Position numbers and translations under genes: made by a program
From: Acidobacteriota bacterium
Lineage (GTDB): Bacteria > Acidobacteriota > Terriglobia > Acidiferrales > UBA7541
NCBI GenBank assembly: GCA_003224145.1
Contig: QHYN01000203.1
Location: 11,201-75,200 of the forward strand
Reading direction: 5' to 3'
DNA length: 64,000 nt
Shown: one piece after another, positions 54,563 to 64,000 of the stretch
How the letters are laid out: each line of letters opens with the position of its first letter
Numbering within the stretch: the first letter of the stretch is position 1
The notes under the pieces: generated by a model
Told to the model about the DNA's origin: nothing
The model's database searches: none
The model's input: the letters and a program-made list of their open reading frames with translations, nothing else

Positions 54563-56185
54563 CTACGGCTCGAACTGCACATCCTTACCCTTTTGCACTA
54601 CCGAGTGCTTGCTAAAATCCTCATCATTCCTGTACGCAAAGTCCGAGCGGTAATGGCTCCCGCGACTCTCTTCGCGCGCCCGCGCCGCCCGCGCTATCAC
54701 CAGTGCCAGCGTATGCAGGTTCCGCAGTTCATGCCCGCTGCGCCCAGGCTTTTCGGATTTCGGCAGTTCCATGGCTTCCAACTGTTTGATGGCATCGGCG
54801 AGCTCTTTCCCGCTTCGCATGATGCCCACTTCGCGCCACATGACATCCTGGATTTTCTTCCGCATCACGCACTCCGTGGACGGCTTACCCGAATTCTTCA
54901 TCGCTTCTTTCGGCGTGCTCGAAGAATTGTCCGGCATCGGCGCAGGACTTCCCGGCAGCGCGCCCGGCTGACGCTTCCCCGCCGGCGCGTCTTTCATCAT
55001 GGCCTGTCCCGCGCGTGCTCCGAAAACCAGTCCCTCGAGCAGCGAATTGCTGGCCAGCCGGTTCGCGCCGTGTACGCCCGTGGCCGCCGTTTCGCCTGCG
55101 GCATACAGGCCGAGAAGGGAAGTGCGCCCAGCCAGATCGGTCCTCACTCCGCCCATCACGTAATGCGCGGCGGGACAGACTGGAGCAAGATCGCTCGCCA
55201 AGTCCAATCCATAACTCAGGCACGTCTCGTAAATTCGCGGGAAGCGCTTTCTCAGGAATTCCGCGCTCTTTTTCGTCATGTCCAGATAGACGTGAGTGCT
55301 CTGTGTGCGCTGCATTTCGCTGACGATGGCGCGCGCCACAACGTCGCGCGGCGCCAGTTCCTGTGCTTCGTTATACCGCTTCATGAAGCGCTCCAAGCCG
55401 ATGTTGCGCAGCACAGCGCCTTCGCCGCGTAGCGCCTCGGAAAGAAGAAATCGCGGTGCGCCCTGGATTGCCAGCGCTGTGGGGTGAAACTGCACGAACT
55501 CCATGTCGGAAAGGACTGCCCCCGCTTCGTACGCGATGGCAATGCCGTCGCCAGTGGCGACCTCGGGATTGGTCGTCTCGCGATAAATCTGCCCGAGCCC
55601 GCCGGTTGCCAGCAGCACCGCCCCCCCTCGCAATTCGTGCAGCGTCCCGTCTGCCTCATCGATGAAACGAAGTCCCGTGACTCGTTCGCGCTCGACGATT
55701 AATTCCGTCGTGAAGGCGTGCGCGCGCAAATGCAGATGTGGAATCGAGTGCGCCCTCGCCAGCAGCGCGCGGCTGATTTCCCGTCCGGTGGAGTCCCCAT
55801 GGGCGTGCAGAATCCGCGAGCGGCTGTGCGCCGCCTCCCGTGTAAACGCCAGTTTCGTTCCGGCGCGGTCGAATTCCGTGCCCCACTCGATGAGCTGCGT
55901 GATGTACTTCGGCCCCTCTTCTACTAGCAGGCTGACCGCTTCGGGACGGCACAAGCCGTCTCCGGCCTTGATGGTGTCCTGCTCGTGCAGCCCGATTTCG
56001 TCCTCGTCGGAAAGCGCCACGGCGATTCCGCCTTGCGCCCATGCCGTCGCTGAATCACTCAGGGTCGATTTCGCCAAAACAAGAACGCTTCCCGCCGCGC
56101 TCAGCTCGATGGCCGCTCGCAAACCTGCGATTCCGCTGCCCACAACGGCGTAATCGGCGCGATGGGTTTTGTGGGAATTAGGCAT
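54563..56185 (-). CDS. nadB: L-aspartate oxidase
   Basis: GSGIAG, AQGGIA, EAAHSRSR, QFHPT, SEALRGEG, AHYVMGG and HGANRLASNSLLEG motifs. ATG 56185. Confidence 0.93.
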   Translation of the reverse strand: MPNSHKTHRADYAVVGSGIAGLRAAIELSAAGSVLVLAKSTLSDSATAWAQGGIAVALSDEDEIGLHEQDTIKAGDGLCRPEAVSLLVEEGPKYITQLIEWGTEFDRAGTKLAFTREAAHSRSRILHAHGDSTGREISRALLARAHSIPHLHLRAHAFTTELIVERERVTGLRFIDEADGTLHELRGGAVLLATGGLGQIYRETTNPEVATGDGIAIAYEAGAVLSDMEFVQFHPTALAIQGAPRFLLSEALRGEGAVLRNIGLERFMKRYNEAQELAPRDVVARAIVSEMQRTQSTHVYLDMTKKSAEFLRKRFPRIYETCLSYGLDLASDLAPVCPAAHYVMGGVRTDLAGRTSLLGLYAAGETAATGVHGANRLASNSLLEGLVFGARAGQAMMKDAPAGKRQPGALPGSPAPMPDNSSSTPKEAMKNSGKPSTECVMRKKIQDVMWREVGIMRSGKELADAIKQLEAMELPKSEKPGRSGHELRNLHTLALVIARAARAREESRGSHYRSDFAYRNDEDFSKHSVVQKGKDVQFEP

Positions 56186-56301
56186 GGGAATGGAGAATTT
56201 TGCGCTCGAGTATGGTAGCACGAAGGAATTGGGCGGATAAGGAAGACGGCTCCGGCATGCGGTGTGCCTGGACCGTGTGTTACATTGAAAACGTCTCGCG
56301 A

Positions 56302-57414
56302 ATGAAAATCAAACGCATCTCTGTAAAATCGTTGAGTGGTCCGTACTCCGTGGTGGCAGGAGCAGGCGCCATCCGCTGCGCGCCGCAGGAGATAGCCTCG
56401 CTGGGCCGATTTTCGAGCGTTCACGTCATCTCGTCACCCAAAGTCTGGCGCGCCCTTGGAAAAACCGTCCAGCGCGGGCTGCAACTTCCGAGCCGCAACG
56501 CAATCCACCTTTTCAAGGACGCAGAAGCCGCAAAGAATCTTCGCAGCTTGGAGCACATCGCGCGCTCCCTGTGCCGCGCGGGCGCCGATCGCAAATCGCT
56601 CCTGATCGCCGTCGGCGGAGGTGTCGTCGGCGACGTGGCCGGCTTTGCCGCCTCTTGCTATTTGCGCGGAGTGAAACTCGTCCACGTCCCCACAACTCTA
56701 GTCGCTCAAGTGGACAGCTCCATCGGCGCGAAGACCGGTGTGAATCTGCCCGAAGGGAAAAATCTCGTCGGCTCGTTTTATCCGCCACGGTTGGTGCTCA
56801 CGGATCCGCAACTTCTGCGAACACTTCCCGACCGCGAATTCCGCTGCGGCCTCGCGGAAATCATCAAGCATGCCATCATCGCGGATGCCCGGATGTTCGC
56901 TCTTCTTGAGAAGGATATGGAAAAGGTTCTGCGGCGCGACCGCCAGTCTCTCCATTTTCTGATTCCCCGCAACGTGCAGATCAAAGCGCGCGTCGTCGGC
57001 GGCGACGAGCGTGAATCCGGCTTGCGCGAAATCCTCAATTTCGGCCACACCTTTGCCCATGCTCTCGAAAGCGCCACCCGATACAGGCGCTACCAACACG
57101 GTGAAGCGGTTGCCTGGGGAATGATCGCCGCAGCTTTCCTTGGGCACGAACTCGGTTTGACGCGCGCGGATGATGTTTCCCGCATCGTTGCACTCATCCG
57201 CCGCCTGGGGCCGCTGCCTCCCTGGCCCCGCGTTGCTCCCGCCACCCTTCTCCACGTCATGCGCTCAGACAAAAAATCCTGCAGCGGGATTCTACGTTTC
57301 GTTCTTTCTCCGCGCATAGGCCAGGCGCGCACATATGATATGGTCCCGATACATGCGGTCGAGCGCGTTCTCCACCTCACCCCTCGTCTGATCACCGCGA
57401 GCGCCAATCTCTAG
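56302..57414 (+). CDS. aroB: 3-dehydroquinate synthase
   Basis: GGGVVGD, PTTLVAQVDSSIGAKT, EIIKH, LNFGHTFAHALE and HGEAVAWG motifs. Confidence 0.94.
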   Translation: MKIKRISVKSLSGPYSVVAGAGAIRCAPQEIASLGRFSSVHVISSPKVWRALGKTVQRGLQLPSRNAIHLFKDAEAAKNLRSLEHIARSLCRAGADRKSLLIAVGGGVVGDVAGFAASCYLRGVKLVHVPTTLVAQVDSSIGAKTGVNLPEGKNLVGSFYPPRLVLTDPQLLRTLPDREFRCGLAEIIKHAIIADARMFALLEKDMEKVLRRDRQSLHFLIPRNVQIKARVVGGDERESGLREILNFGHTFAHALESATRYRRYQHGEAVAWGMIAAAFLGHELGLTRADDVSRIVALIRRLGPLPPWPRVAPATLLHVMRSDKKSCSGILRFVLSPRIGQARTYDMVPIHAVERVLHLTPRLITASANL

Positions 57415-57424
57415 GGGAAATGAA

Positions 57425-58207
57425 ATGACTGAAATTGCCCCGCCCGCCAAGGGCTCTCGCCCCGAAGGGGCCGTCACCGAAGCCGACTCTTCGAAAAAAG
57501 TCCGCGAGATGTTCACGCAGATCGCTCCGCGTTACGACCTGCTGAACCATCTCCTCTCCTTGCAACTGGATCGTCTCTGGCGCGCCCGCACCGCCAAGCT
57601 TCTCCGCCCGGTCCTCAATCGCCCCGATGCTTTGGTCCTCGATCTCTGTTCCGGAACGGGCGATCTTGCCTTCGCTCTCGCTCGCGCCGGAAAAGCCCGC
57701 ATCCTCGGCGCGGATTTCGCCCACACCATGCTTGTCCGCGCCAAAGCGAAGAGCACAGCTCTCTCCCCTTCAGCCGGCGCTAACGCCCCTCCCCGAATGC
57801 CTTTTTTCGAAGCCGACGCCCTCCGCTTGCCGTTTGCCGATGCTTCCTTTGATCTCGTAACTAGCGCTTTCGGCTTCCGCAATCTGGCCAACTATGAAGC
57901 AGGCCTTCGCGAAATTCAGCGTGTCCTCAAGCCTGGCGGCACCATCGCCATTCTCGAATTCAGTGAACCACCACAAGGCTTGCTCGGGGATTTGTACCGC
58001 TGGTATTTCACCAAAGTCCTGCCGAAAATCGGCTGGCTCGTCTCCGGCCACCAATCGGCCTACACCTATTTGCCCAAGTCCGTCGCCAGCTTCTTCCGCC
58101 CGGCGGAACTCGCTGCACTCATGACCAGCGTGGGCTACCAATCCGTGGAATTTCGGGAATGGACAATCCGCACCGTAGCCTTACACACCGGCACGCGCCC
58201 ACGCTAA
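57425..58207 (+). CDS. ubiE: UbiE/MenG C-methyltransferase
   Basis: MFTQIAPRYDLLN, LDLCSGTGD, FGFRN and YTYLPKSV motifs. Confidence 0.9.
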   Translation: MTEIAPPAKGSRPEGAVTEADSSKKVREMFTQIAPRYDLLNHLLSLQLDRLWRARTAKLLRPVLNRPDALVLDLCSGTGDLAFALARAGKARILGADFAHTMLVRAKAKSTALSPSAGANAPPRMPFFEADALRLPFADASFDLVTSAFGFRNLANYEAGLREIQRVLKPGGTIAILEFSEPPQGLLGDLYRWYFTKVLPKIGWLVSGHQSAYTYLPKSVASFFRPAELAALMTSVGYQSVEFREWTIRTVALHTGTRPR

Positions 58208-58216
58208 TTTGAGTCT

Positions 58217-59605
58217 CTACTCTTCCAATCCCGCGCTCCGCAGTTTTGCCAGCAGCGTCTTTGGTGTAATCCCCAGCTTCTCGGCAGCGCGCGTCTTGTT
58301 CCACTTGCATTCGCGCATCGTATTCTCGAGCAATAGCTTTTCGACGTGACCGGCGGCCCGGCCGGTGACTTGCTCCAGCGTTCCTTCCCAATCGAATTTC
58401 TCTGGCAGCATGCCTTCAGGCAAGTGCGCCGCGTCGGGCTTGGTTGCCGGCAACTGCAAAGCTTCTGGGCGTATGCTTACTCCGTCCGCCAGGATCACCG
58501 CCCGCTCGAGCGTGTTCTGCAGTTCGCGCACGTTTCCCGGCCAGCGGTAATGCAACAACCGGTCTCGCGCTTCCGCGGATAGCTCCAGCCCCGGTTTTCC
58601 AAACTCCCTGCTGAATTTCTCCAAGAAGTAATCCGCCAGTAGCAACACGTCATTCCCGCGTTCGCGCAAGGGTGGAACGGTAAGGGGCACGGCCGAAATC
58701 CGGAAAAACAAATCATCGCGAAACAGTTTCTCTTGCACTTGTTTTTGTAAATTACGGTTTGTGGCCACGACGATTCGAACGTCCACATCAATCGGCTGCG
58801 TCCCGCCAACGCGTTCGAATCGTTTTTCTTCCAGCACGCGCAGCAGTTTCGCCTGAATCGCCAGCGGCAATTCCCCGATCTCATCGAGAAAAAGCGTCCC
58901 ACGGTGCGCCAAATCCATTTTTCCCACTTTGCGCGCGCCGGCTCCCGTGAAAGCACCCTTTTCGTGCCCAAACAGCTCGTTCTCCACCAGCCCTTCCGGG
59001 ATCGCCGCACAGTTCAGAGCCACGAACGGATTTTCCCGTCGCGGCGACAGGTGATGAATCGCCAGCGCGAACAATTCTTTTCCTGTGCCGCTCTCCCCCA
59101 GCAACAGACACGTCGAATCCGTCGCCGCCACTTTCTGAATCTGCTGGCTGACTTCCCGGATGGAAGGGTGTTCTCCCACGATCCGCGGAAATCCGTAGCG
59201 CGCCGCATACTCCGCGCGCAGCAGCAAATTTTCCCGCTGCAGCTCCTGTTGCTGCGCCGCGCGCTTCACCAGCAGCTTCAAATGGTCCAGGTCCACCGGC
59301 TTCTGCAAAAAGTCGAAAGCGCCTTCTTTCATTGCTGCTACCGCTTCTTCCACCGACCCGTACGCTGTCAGTAGCAAAACCGGTATCGTCGCGTCGGCTT
59401 GCTTGGTCTCCCGCAAAACATCGAGCCCCGACGCCCCGGGCATCTTTAAATCGGTGATCACCAGCAGGTATCTTCTCGCGCGCACCTTTTGAATCGCCGC
59501 CGGCCCGTCCGGCGCTTCGTCCACGCTGTAGCCCGCCCGCTCCAAGGCCTTACGCATCATGGCACGCAATTCGCTTTTGTCTTCAACCAGGAGGAGAGGT
59601 TCCAT
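58217..59605 (-). CDS. Sigma54-dependent response regulator (NtrC family)
   Basis: Receiver domain (VEDK, TDLKMP), GESGTGKE, GAFTGA, WPGNVRELQN and HTH. ATG 59605. Confidence 0.9.
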   Translation of the reverse strand: MEPLLLVEDKSELRAMMRKALERAGYSVDEAPDGPAAIQKVRARRYLLVITDLKMPGASGLDVLRETKQADATIPVLLLTAYGSVEEAVAAMKEGAFDFLQKPVDLDHLKLLVKRAAQQQELQRENLLLRAEYAARYGFPRIVGEHPSIREVSQQIQKVAATDSTCLLLGESGTGKELFALAIHHLSPRRENPFVALNCAAIPEGLVENELFGHEKGAFTGAGARKVGKMDLAHRGTLFLDEIGELPLAIQAKLLRVLEEKRFERVGGTQPIDVDVRIVVATNRNLQKQVQEKLFRDDLFFRISAVPLTVPPLRERGNDVLLLADYFLEKFSREFGKPGLELSAEARDRLLHYRWPGNVRELQNTLERAVILADGVSIRPEALQLPATKPDAAHLPEGMLPEKFDWEGTLEQVTGRAAGHVEKLLLENTMRECKWNKTRAAEKLGITPKTLLAKLRSAGLEE

Positions 59606-59761
59606 CTCTTTCGTTTCTACCACGAATCGCGCTGCACCAGCGCACAACCGGAGAACCATGTGCAGAGAAGGGAAGCACCGGGCCCAGCTAAAGACGATTT
59701 CCCGTGTATACTCTGCACCTCGATTTTTATAGCCCAAACGTTTCGCTCATTGGAGGCAAGG

Positions 59762-60274
59762 ATGTCCAACTATCGGAGGGTGCTTGTGTGGAGTGTGATG
59801 GCCTTTTTATCGGCCGGTGCCTACTCAGCAATATCCGTGGGGAAGACCCCGTCGCAAGTATCAGACAACAAGCAAACGCTCTGGAATCTGAAGCACAAAT
59901 ATTGGCGCTCCGTTCAGGAAAATGATTTGCCGTCTTATCGAAACTTATGGCACAAGGATTTCCTTGGTTGGCCGTCAGTCAGCCCCATGCCCATTTGCAG
60001 GGACCACATAACGGACTGGATTATCTCACAAACTAGTAAGGGATTGACTCCCAAGGTCATTGAATTCAAGCCAGCGGAGATTCAGATAACCGGGGATGTA
60101 GCAGTGCTGTATTACTGGCTCACGTATGCATGGCTGGATAAGGACGGAAAGGGAGCGCCCCACACTCTCCGTGTTACACACACCTGGCTCAAAGACGGGA
60201 AGGATTGGCGGATTATTGGGGGGAATGTCCATGCTCGAAGCCGTCAATTCGCAGAAGTAGCTGGAGAACGATGA
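59762..60274 (+). CDS. Secreted NTF2-like (DUF4440/SnoaL) protein with a probable C-terminal frameshift
   Basis: Signal peptide; LWHKDFLGW, GDVAVLYY and VTHTWLKDGKDWRIIGG motifs. A G6 run at 60218-60223 shifts a GGMSM...stop ending out of frame. Confidence 0.7.
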   Translation: MSNYRRVLVWSVMAFLSAGAYSAISVGKTPSQVSDNKQTLWNLKHKYWRSVQENDLPSYRNLWHKDFLGWPSVSPMPICRDHITDWIISQTSKGLTPKVIEFKPAEIQITGDVAVLYYWLTYAWLDKDGKGAPHTLRVTHTWLKDGKDWRIIGGNVHARSRQFAEVAGER

Positions 60275-60320
60275 ATTTCTTTGCAAACTTATAACTAACG
60301 ACTTACAACTTCGTCTTTTT

Positions 60321-60962
60321 TTATTGCGCCCATCCGGGATCGCCCCCGGATTTCCTCAATTCCGATTCCATGTCATCCAATTCCTGCCGGAGCTGGTCCA
60401 GTTCCTTTTTCTTGTCGGCGATCTTTGCGCGCTTTTCATTGACCTCCGTGCGATTGTTCTGTTCATTCATGGCCTTCTGTGGATCCGCGTAATACTGCAC
60501 CTGTGTTTTCTCTAACTCGCGTTGCAGGACATTCAGCTCCTTTTCCGCACGGACAATCTTTGCGTGCTGCTCGCTGAATCGCTTCCGCCATGCTTTCTCG
60601 CTGTTGGGATCCTCCAGCGGCGTTGATTCGTCTTTCTTCGCCGTGCTTTCGGCCTTTTGGGTGTCTGTCGCCGTCCTGCCAGTAGCGCCCTGGCCCTCGT
60701 TCGTTGCTCCAGCAGCAGCACCGGCACCCGTTTCCGCCGGCTTCTCTTGACCCGCAGTTCCAGAGTGCTTCACGTCATCGTCTGTAAAAACCTTCTTCGG
60801 TTTTTGGGCGTTCTTCTTTTCTTCACGCGCTTTTCTTGCGGCGTCCGCTACCGGGTCGCCTGCCTGCTGCGAAGAGCTCTGTTGCTGCGCGTAGCTCGGC
60901 ACGCCTGCCAGGCACAGTCCCGCCACAATCACCGCCGCCTTCATCCATTCTCTCATTCGCAT
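60321..60962 (-). CDS. Secreted coiled-coil hypothetical protein
   Basis: Signal peptide ...PSYA|QQQ; DPVADAARKAR...KKVFTDDD motif; long heptad-rich C-terminus. Confidence 0.7.
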   Translation of the reverse strand: MRMREWMKAAVIVAGLCLAGVPSYAQQQSSSQQAGDPVADAARKAREEKKNAQKPKKVFTDDDVKHSGTAGQEKPAETGAGAAAGATNEGQGATGRTATDTQKAESTAKKDESTPLEDPNSEKAWRKRFSEQHAKIVRAEKELNVLQRELEKTQVQYYADPQKAMNEQNNRTEVNEKRAKIADKKKELDQLRQELDDMESELRKSGGDPGWAQ

Positions 60963-61006
60963 TGTGTCTCATCCTTCCAGGGCAGCTCGAACTCCCCGGC
61001 TCTTTC

Positions 61007-62368
61007 TTAGATGCGTTCTTGCTTAGATTCTACTGCTTCCGCTACTCCTCGTTGTAGCGGTAGCGTAACTATAAACGCGGCCCCGCCCTCTGGGCAGTTC
61101 CGCACTTCCACCTGTCCGCCGTGCTGCAGGATGATTTTCTGCACCACTGCCAGTCCCAGTCCGGTTCCGTTTGTCTTCGTCGTAAAAAATGGCCGAAATA
61201 ACTTCGGCAAAGCCTCCGCCGCGATCCCCGGCCCGTTATCCGCCACGGTGATGCGCTGGGCTCCCGCCTCTTCGCCCTCAATCACTTCGCCGCGAACCAC
61301 GACACGCCCGCCACCATCCGCGGCCGCGCATGCTTCCGCCGCGTTCCGCGCCAGATTCAGCAGCGCCTGCCTGATTAACCCTTCGTCTCCGGCCACGTCC
61401 CCAAAGGCCCCTTTGCACTCGATTTTCACTTGCGGAAGCGCCTGCGCCACTTCCGCCACGGCGCGCTGCACCACCTCTTCCAGCTCCACCCGCTCATCCG
61501 GAATTTCCAGCGGGCGCGCATATTTCAGGAACTCCGCCACAACGTGTGTGATATTTCGGGTTTGTTCCACGATGCGCCGCGCGTAATCTGCGGACTCGCT
61601 TGGGGAAGCCTCCGGAATTAACTGGGCATATCCGGATATCGTCGCCAGCGCATTTTTGAATTCGTGCGCGATTCCCGCGGACAATTCACCCAGCGCCGCC
61701 AGGTTTTCCTTGAGCTGCATGCGCTGCTGCAGCGCCGCCAATTCCGTCAAATCTGTCAGCAGGCAGATGGCCCCGCTGATTTTTCCTTCACCGCGTTGAA
61801 TCGGCGAAATCGTTACACCCAGGTGCCGTGTGTCCCCCGCCGGAGGCACGTGCTCGACTTCTTCTCTCCGGAAGATCTTTCCCGTCGCCAGGCATTCCGC
61901 CAGGAGCTTGGTTAGCTCCGAAGCCGCTCCCAGCGCTTCGCTGTAGCGCCGGAATCCCAATCCTCGAATTCCCAGAACCTGCTCTGCCGCGGGATTCGAA
62001 CTGGAAATAATCCCCGTCGCATTCACCACCACCAGACCCGCAGGCATGTTTCGCGTGACTTCCTCGCTCAGCCGTTCGGTTTGTTCAGCGCGCTCTTTTT
62101 CAATCTTGTGCAGCCGCTCCAATTCTTTTTCCTGCTCGCGCAGTTGCTGAATCACTCCTTGCATCGACGCCGTCATGAACGCCGAAGCGTTCTCTGTACG
62201 TGGCGAGTTCTCCCCCGATTCCCCGTGGTACTCTTCGCGTCTGCTCTGAAAAGACTTCCGCATCAGATACACGATCAGCCCGGTTATCGCCAGCAGCCCC
62301 AAACCCAGCCCTGCAGCGATCTCCCACAGATGCTGCGTGTTGTTTCCGCTTTGCAATGTGTCTAGCAT
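61007..62368 (-). CDS. PAS-domain sensor histidine kinase
   Basis: Single TM helix, PAS region, H-box GIAHEFKNAL, DNGPG, FFTTK and GTGLGL motifs. Confidence 0.88.
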   Translation of the reverse strand: MLDTLQSGNNTQHLWEIAAGLGLGLLAITGLIVYLMRKSFQSRREEYHGESGENSPRTENASAFMTASMQGVIQQLREQEKELERLHKIEKERAEQTERLSEEVTRNMPAGLVVVNATGIISSSNPAAEQVLGIRGLGFRRYSEALGAASELTKLLAECLATGKIFRREEVEHVPPAGDTRHLGVTISPIQRGEGKISGAICLLTDLTELAALQQRMQLKENLAALGELSAGIAHEFKNALATISGYAQLIPEASPSESADYARRIVEQTRNITHVVAEFLKYARPLEIPDERVELEEVVQRAVAEVAQALPQVKIECKGAFGDVAGDEGLIRQALLNLARNAAEACAAADGGGRVVVRGEVIEGEEAGAQRITVADNGPGIAAEALPKLFRPFFTTKTNGTGLGLAVVQKIILQHGGQVEVRNCPEGGAAFIVTLPLQRGVAEAVESKQERI

Positions 62369-62393
62369 CGGACCTGCTGGTCAGCTCTCTTTC

Positions 62394-63326
62394 CTATCCG
62401 AAGATCTCTCTCAGCGATGGCCAATTTTTCGCCAGTAACGGCCCTCCATACACGATGGTCAGCGCTCCGATGCCCAGGAATGTTCCCAGCGGCAGTTGGC
62501 ACTGACTCGCAATCGTCCACCGCAGCGCACTCTCTTTCCCAAGACCTCTCCGGCTCGCGCGTTCCGCCAATCTTTTTTTCCAACCTCCTAGATACAGCCC
62601 AGCCACCACGCTCAACCCGATCACGCTCCCGAGCAGGCTTCCCAGCAGAATCGTCCAAAATGTTCCCCGCAAGCCCACGAACGCCCCCACCATGGCCATC
62701 ATCTTCACGTCGCCCATGCCCATGCCCTCGCGCTTGCGCACCGCTTTGTAAACCACCGCCAATCCCCACAACAAAAAGCTTCCGAAGGCCGCTCCCAGAA
62801 GTCCATCCAGAAAACCAGCCGCATTTTCCTGCAAGCGCTGATGCAGCAATCGCCAGCTCAAGTTCGCGGCAAATCCGGTGTTGGGCGGCACAAACGCTGA
62901 AAACAGTAGTCCCGCCGCGAATCCCGGCCACGTCACCAAATCCGGTAAAAGGCGGACCCGCAAATCCGTTACCGTCAAAATCAGGATCAAGCACGCGAAA
63001 AAAAGCCACTTCACCGTCGCCTGTGTCAGCCCATACTCCAGAAACGCCGCCACAAACAGTAGCCCCGTCGCCAGTTCGACCAGCGGGTACATCACGGAAA
63101 TCGGCGCGCCGCATGTCCGGCACTTGCCCTTCAGCCACATCCATGCAAACACTGGCACATTGTCATAAGGCTTGATCGGCGTCCCGCATTGGGGGCAGCG
63201 CGACCCCGGCGAAATGATGGAAATCTCTTCCGGAATCCGCGTAATGCACACATTCAGGAAGCTCCCAATCACAATCCCAAAAAGGAAAAAAAATATGCCG
63301 GCGATGACCACAGTTCCGTTGACCAT
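62394..63326 (-). CDS. pilD: Prepilin peptidase/N-methyltransferase
   Basis: GSFLNVCI, CPQC and CRTC zinc motifs; TDL..RLLPD and GMGDVKM aspartate motifs; LPLGTFL. Confidence 0.93.
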   Translation of the reverse strand: MVNGTVVIAGIFFFLFGIVIGSFLNVCITRIPEEISIISPGSRCPQCGTPIKPYDNVPVFAWMWLKGKCRTCGAPISVMYPLVELATGLLFVAAFLEYGLTQATVKWLFFACLILILTVTDLRVRLLPDLVTWPGFAAGLLFSAFVPPNTGFAANLSWRLLHQRLQENAAGFLDGLLGAAFGSFLLWGLAVVYKAVRKREGMGMGDVKMMAMVGAFVGLRGTFWTILLGSLLGSVIGLSVVAGLYLGGWKKRLAERASRRGLGKESALRWTIASQCQLPLGTFLGIGALTIVYGGPLLAKNWPSLREIFG

Positions 63327-63561
63327 CTTACGGTCGAGCGTGAAGTCGACCGCTTCGCGGCCGCTCTTACTACTGTCCCACAGCCATCCTGCGCTCTCAA
63401 CAAACCACTTCTTCCGCGTGCCCCATCCCTAACGCCTTCTGCTCGGTGTCCTCTGTGTTGAAATCCCCTTTAATGCCGGGCCGTTACCATTTTTCTTCCT
63501 CGATCGTTAACGGTAAACTGGTGTTGCTGATCCCTGATCTCCGATCTCTGATCACTCACAA

Positions 63562-64000
63562 ATGAATTTCTTCGAACGCAAAATCCGCCGCTACGAGCAT
63601 CGTCGCTGGAGCACGGACGACAATCGCCGCGTCCAGCCTTTCTCTTGGGGCCTCGAGCACATCGGCGGCTCCCCCCACGATCCCAATCCCGTCGCTTTCG
63701 TCCGCCAATACACGCAAAAGGCCATTGAAAACAGCCACGACTGGTACGCCACGACTCCGGCCACCGACTACCGCCTCGACTCCGAAAATGTCCTCACCTT
63801 CACCAGTTCTATCGAATCCCCCTGGCCCGAAAACAATACCGTCCACGCCCGGCTCTGGCCCGCCTCCCGCAGTTGGCGTCCCCCGATCAAGGCGGCACGA
63901 GGCACCGCGGTCCTCGTCCTTCCCAACTGGAATGCCAAATGGCATGGCCAGGACGGCCTCTGCGAATGGATTGCCCGCTTCGGGATCACCGCACTGAAGT
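63562..64000 (+). CDS. Partial CDS running off the window end, probable alpha/beta-hydrolase-type protein
   Basis: Open frame from ATG 63562 (MNFFERKIRRYEHRRWSTDD...TFTSSIESPWPENNTVHAR...AVLVLPNWNA...) with no stop before 64000, which is why the ORF track omits it. Confidence 0.55.
   Translation, partial: MNFFERKIRRYEHRRWSTDDNRRVQPFSWGLEHIGGSPHDPNPVAFVRQYTQKAIENSHDWYATTPATDYRLDSENVLTFTSSIESPWPENNTVHARLWPASRSWRPPIKAARGTAVLVLPNWNAKWHGQDGLCEWIARFGITALK

Noticed and set aside
62362-63144. 260-aa minus-strand ORF overlapping pilD
   Set aside because: Alternative frame within pilD, with Gly/Arg-rich composition and no motifs.
63524-63555. Heptamer run CTGATCC-CTGATCT-CCGATCT-CTGATCA, and the GGCTGCATGTC direct repeat at 33001-33023
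   Set aside because: Real but very short intergenic micro-repeats with no associated feature to support a function.

Overview
A GC-rich bacterial chromosomal window. Gene order and protein style suggest Acidobacteriota/Terriglobia; this is inference, not a database result. Left part (1-15.6 kb): housekeeping genes psd-pssA-Asd-like-lptE-holA, rpsT, a Ycf46-type AAA ATPase, phoH-ybeY-hemolysin/CBS-era, and an NtrY/NtrX-like two-component pair. Middle (15.9-33 kb): a large type IV pilus locus with pilB-pilT-pilC-pilS-pilR and three tandem type IVa pilins. Each pilin has its own sigma54 promoter and GAC-N7-GTC upstream sites, and two are ~99% identical only within the coding sequence. The locus continues with lolA and a second PilC/PilB/PilM-N-O-P/GspK-like set lacking a secretin. 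An accessory block at 34.7-43.5 kb holds a promoter-driven repeat leader, four paralogues of an unrecognised small membrane-protein family, a frameshifted secreted protein, a PDZ-less trypsin protease with a duplicated C-terminal domain, a Hanks kinase fused to a membrane domain and a shortened PilZ gene. Right part: thrC-like, AlaX-like and amidase genes, a second trypsin-like protease, and an IS481-family element between tRNA-Ala(CGC) and its apparent terminator. These are followed by ctpA, tatB-tatC plus a glutaminyl-cyclase-like lipoprotein, nadB, aroB, ubiE, a third sigma54 regulator, a sensor kinase and pilD. Best leads: the four-member membrane-protein array, the homogenised pilin pair with separate promoters, and a possible pyroglutamate Q-rule system. 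No CRISPR array, integrase, rRNA or reverse transcriptase was seen.
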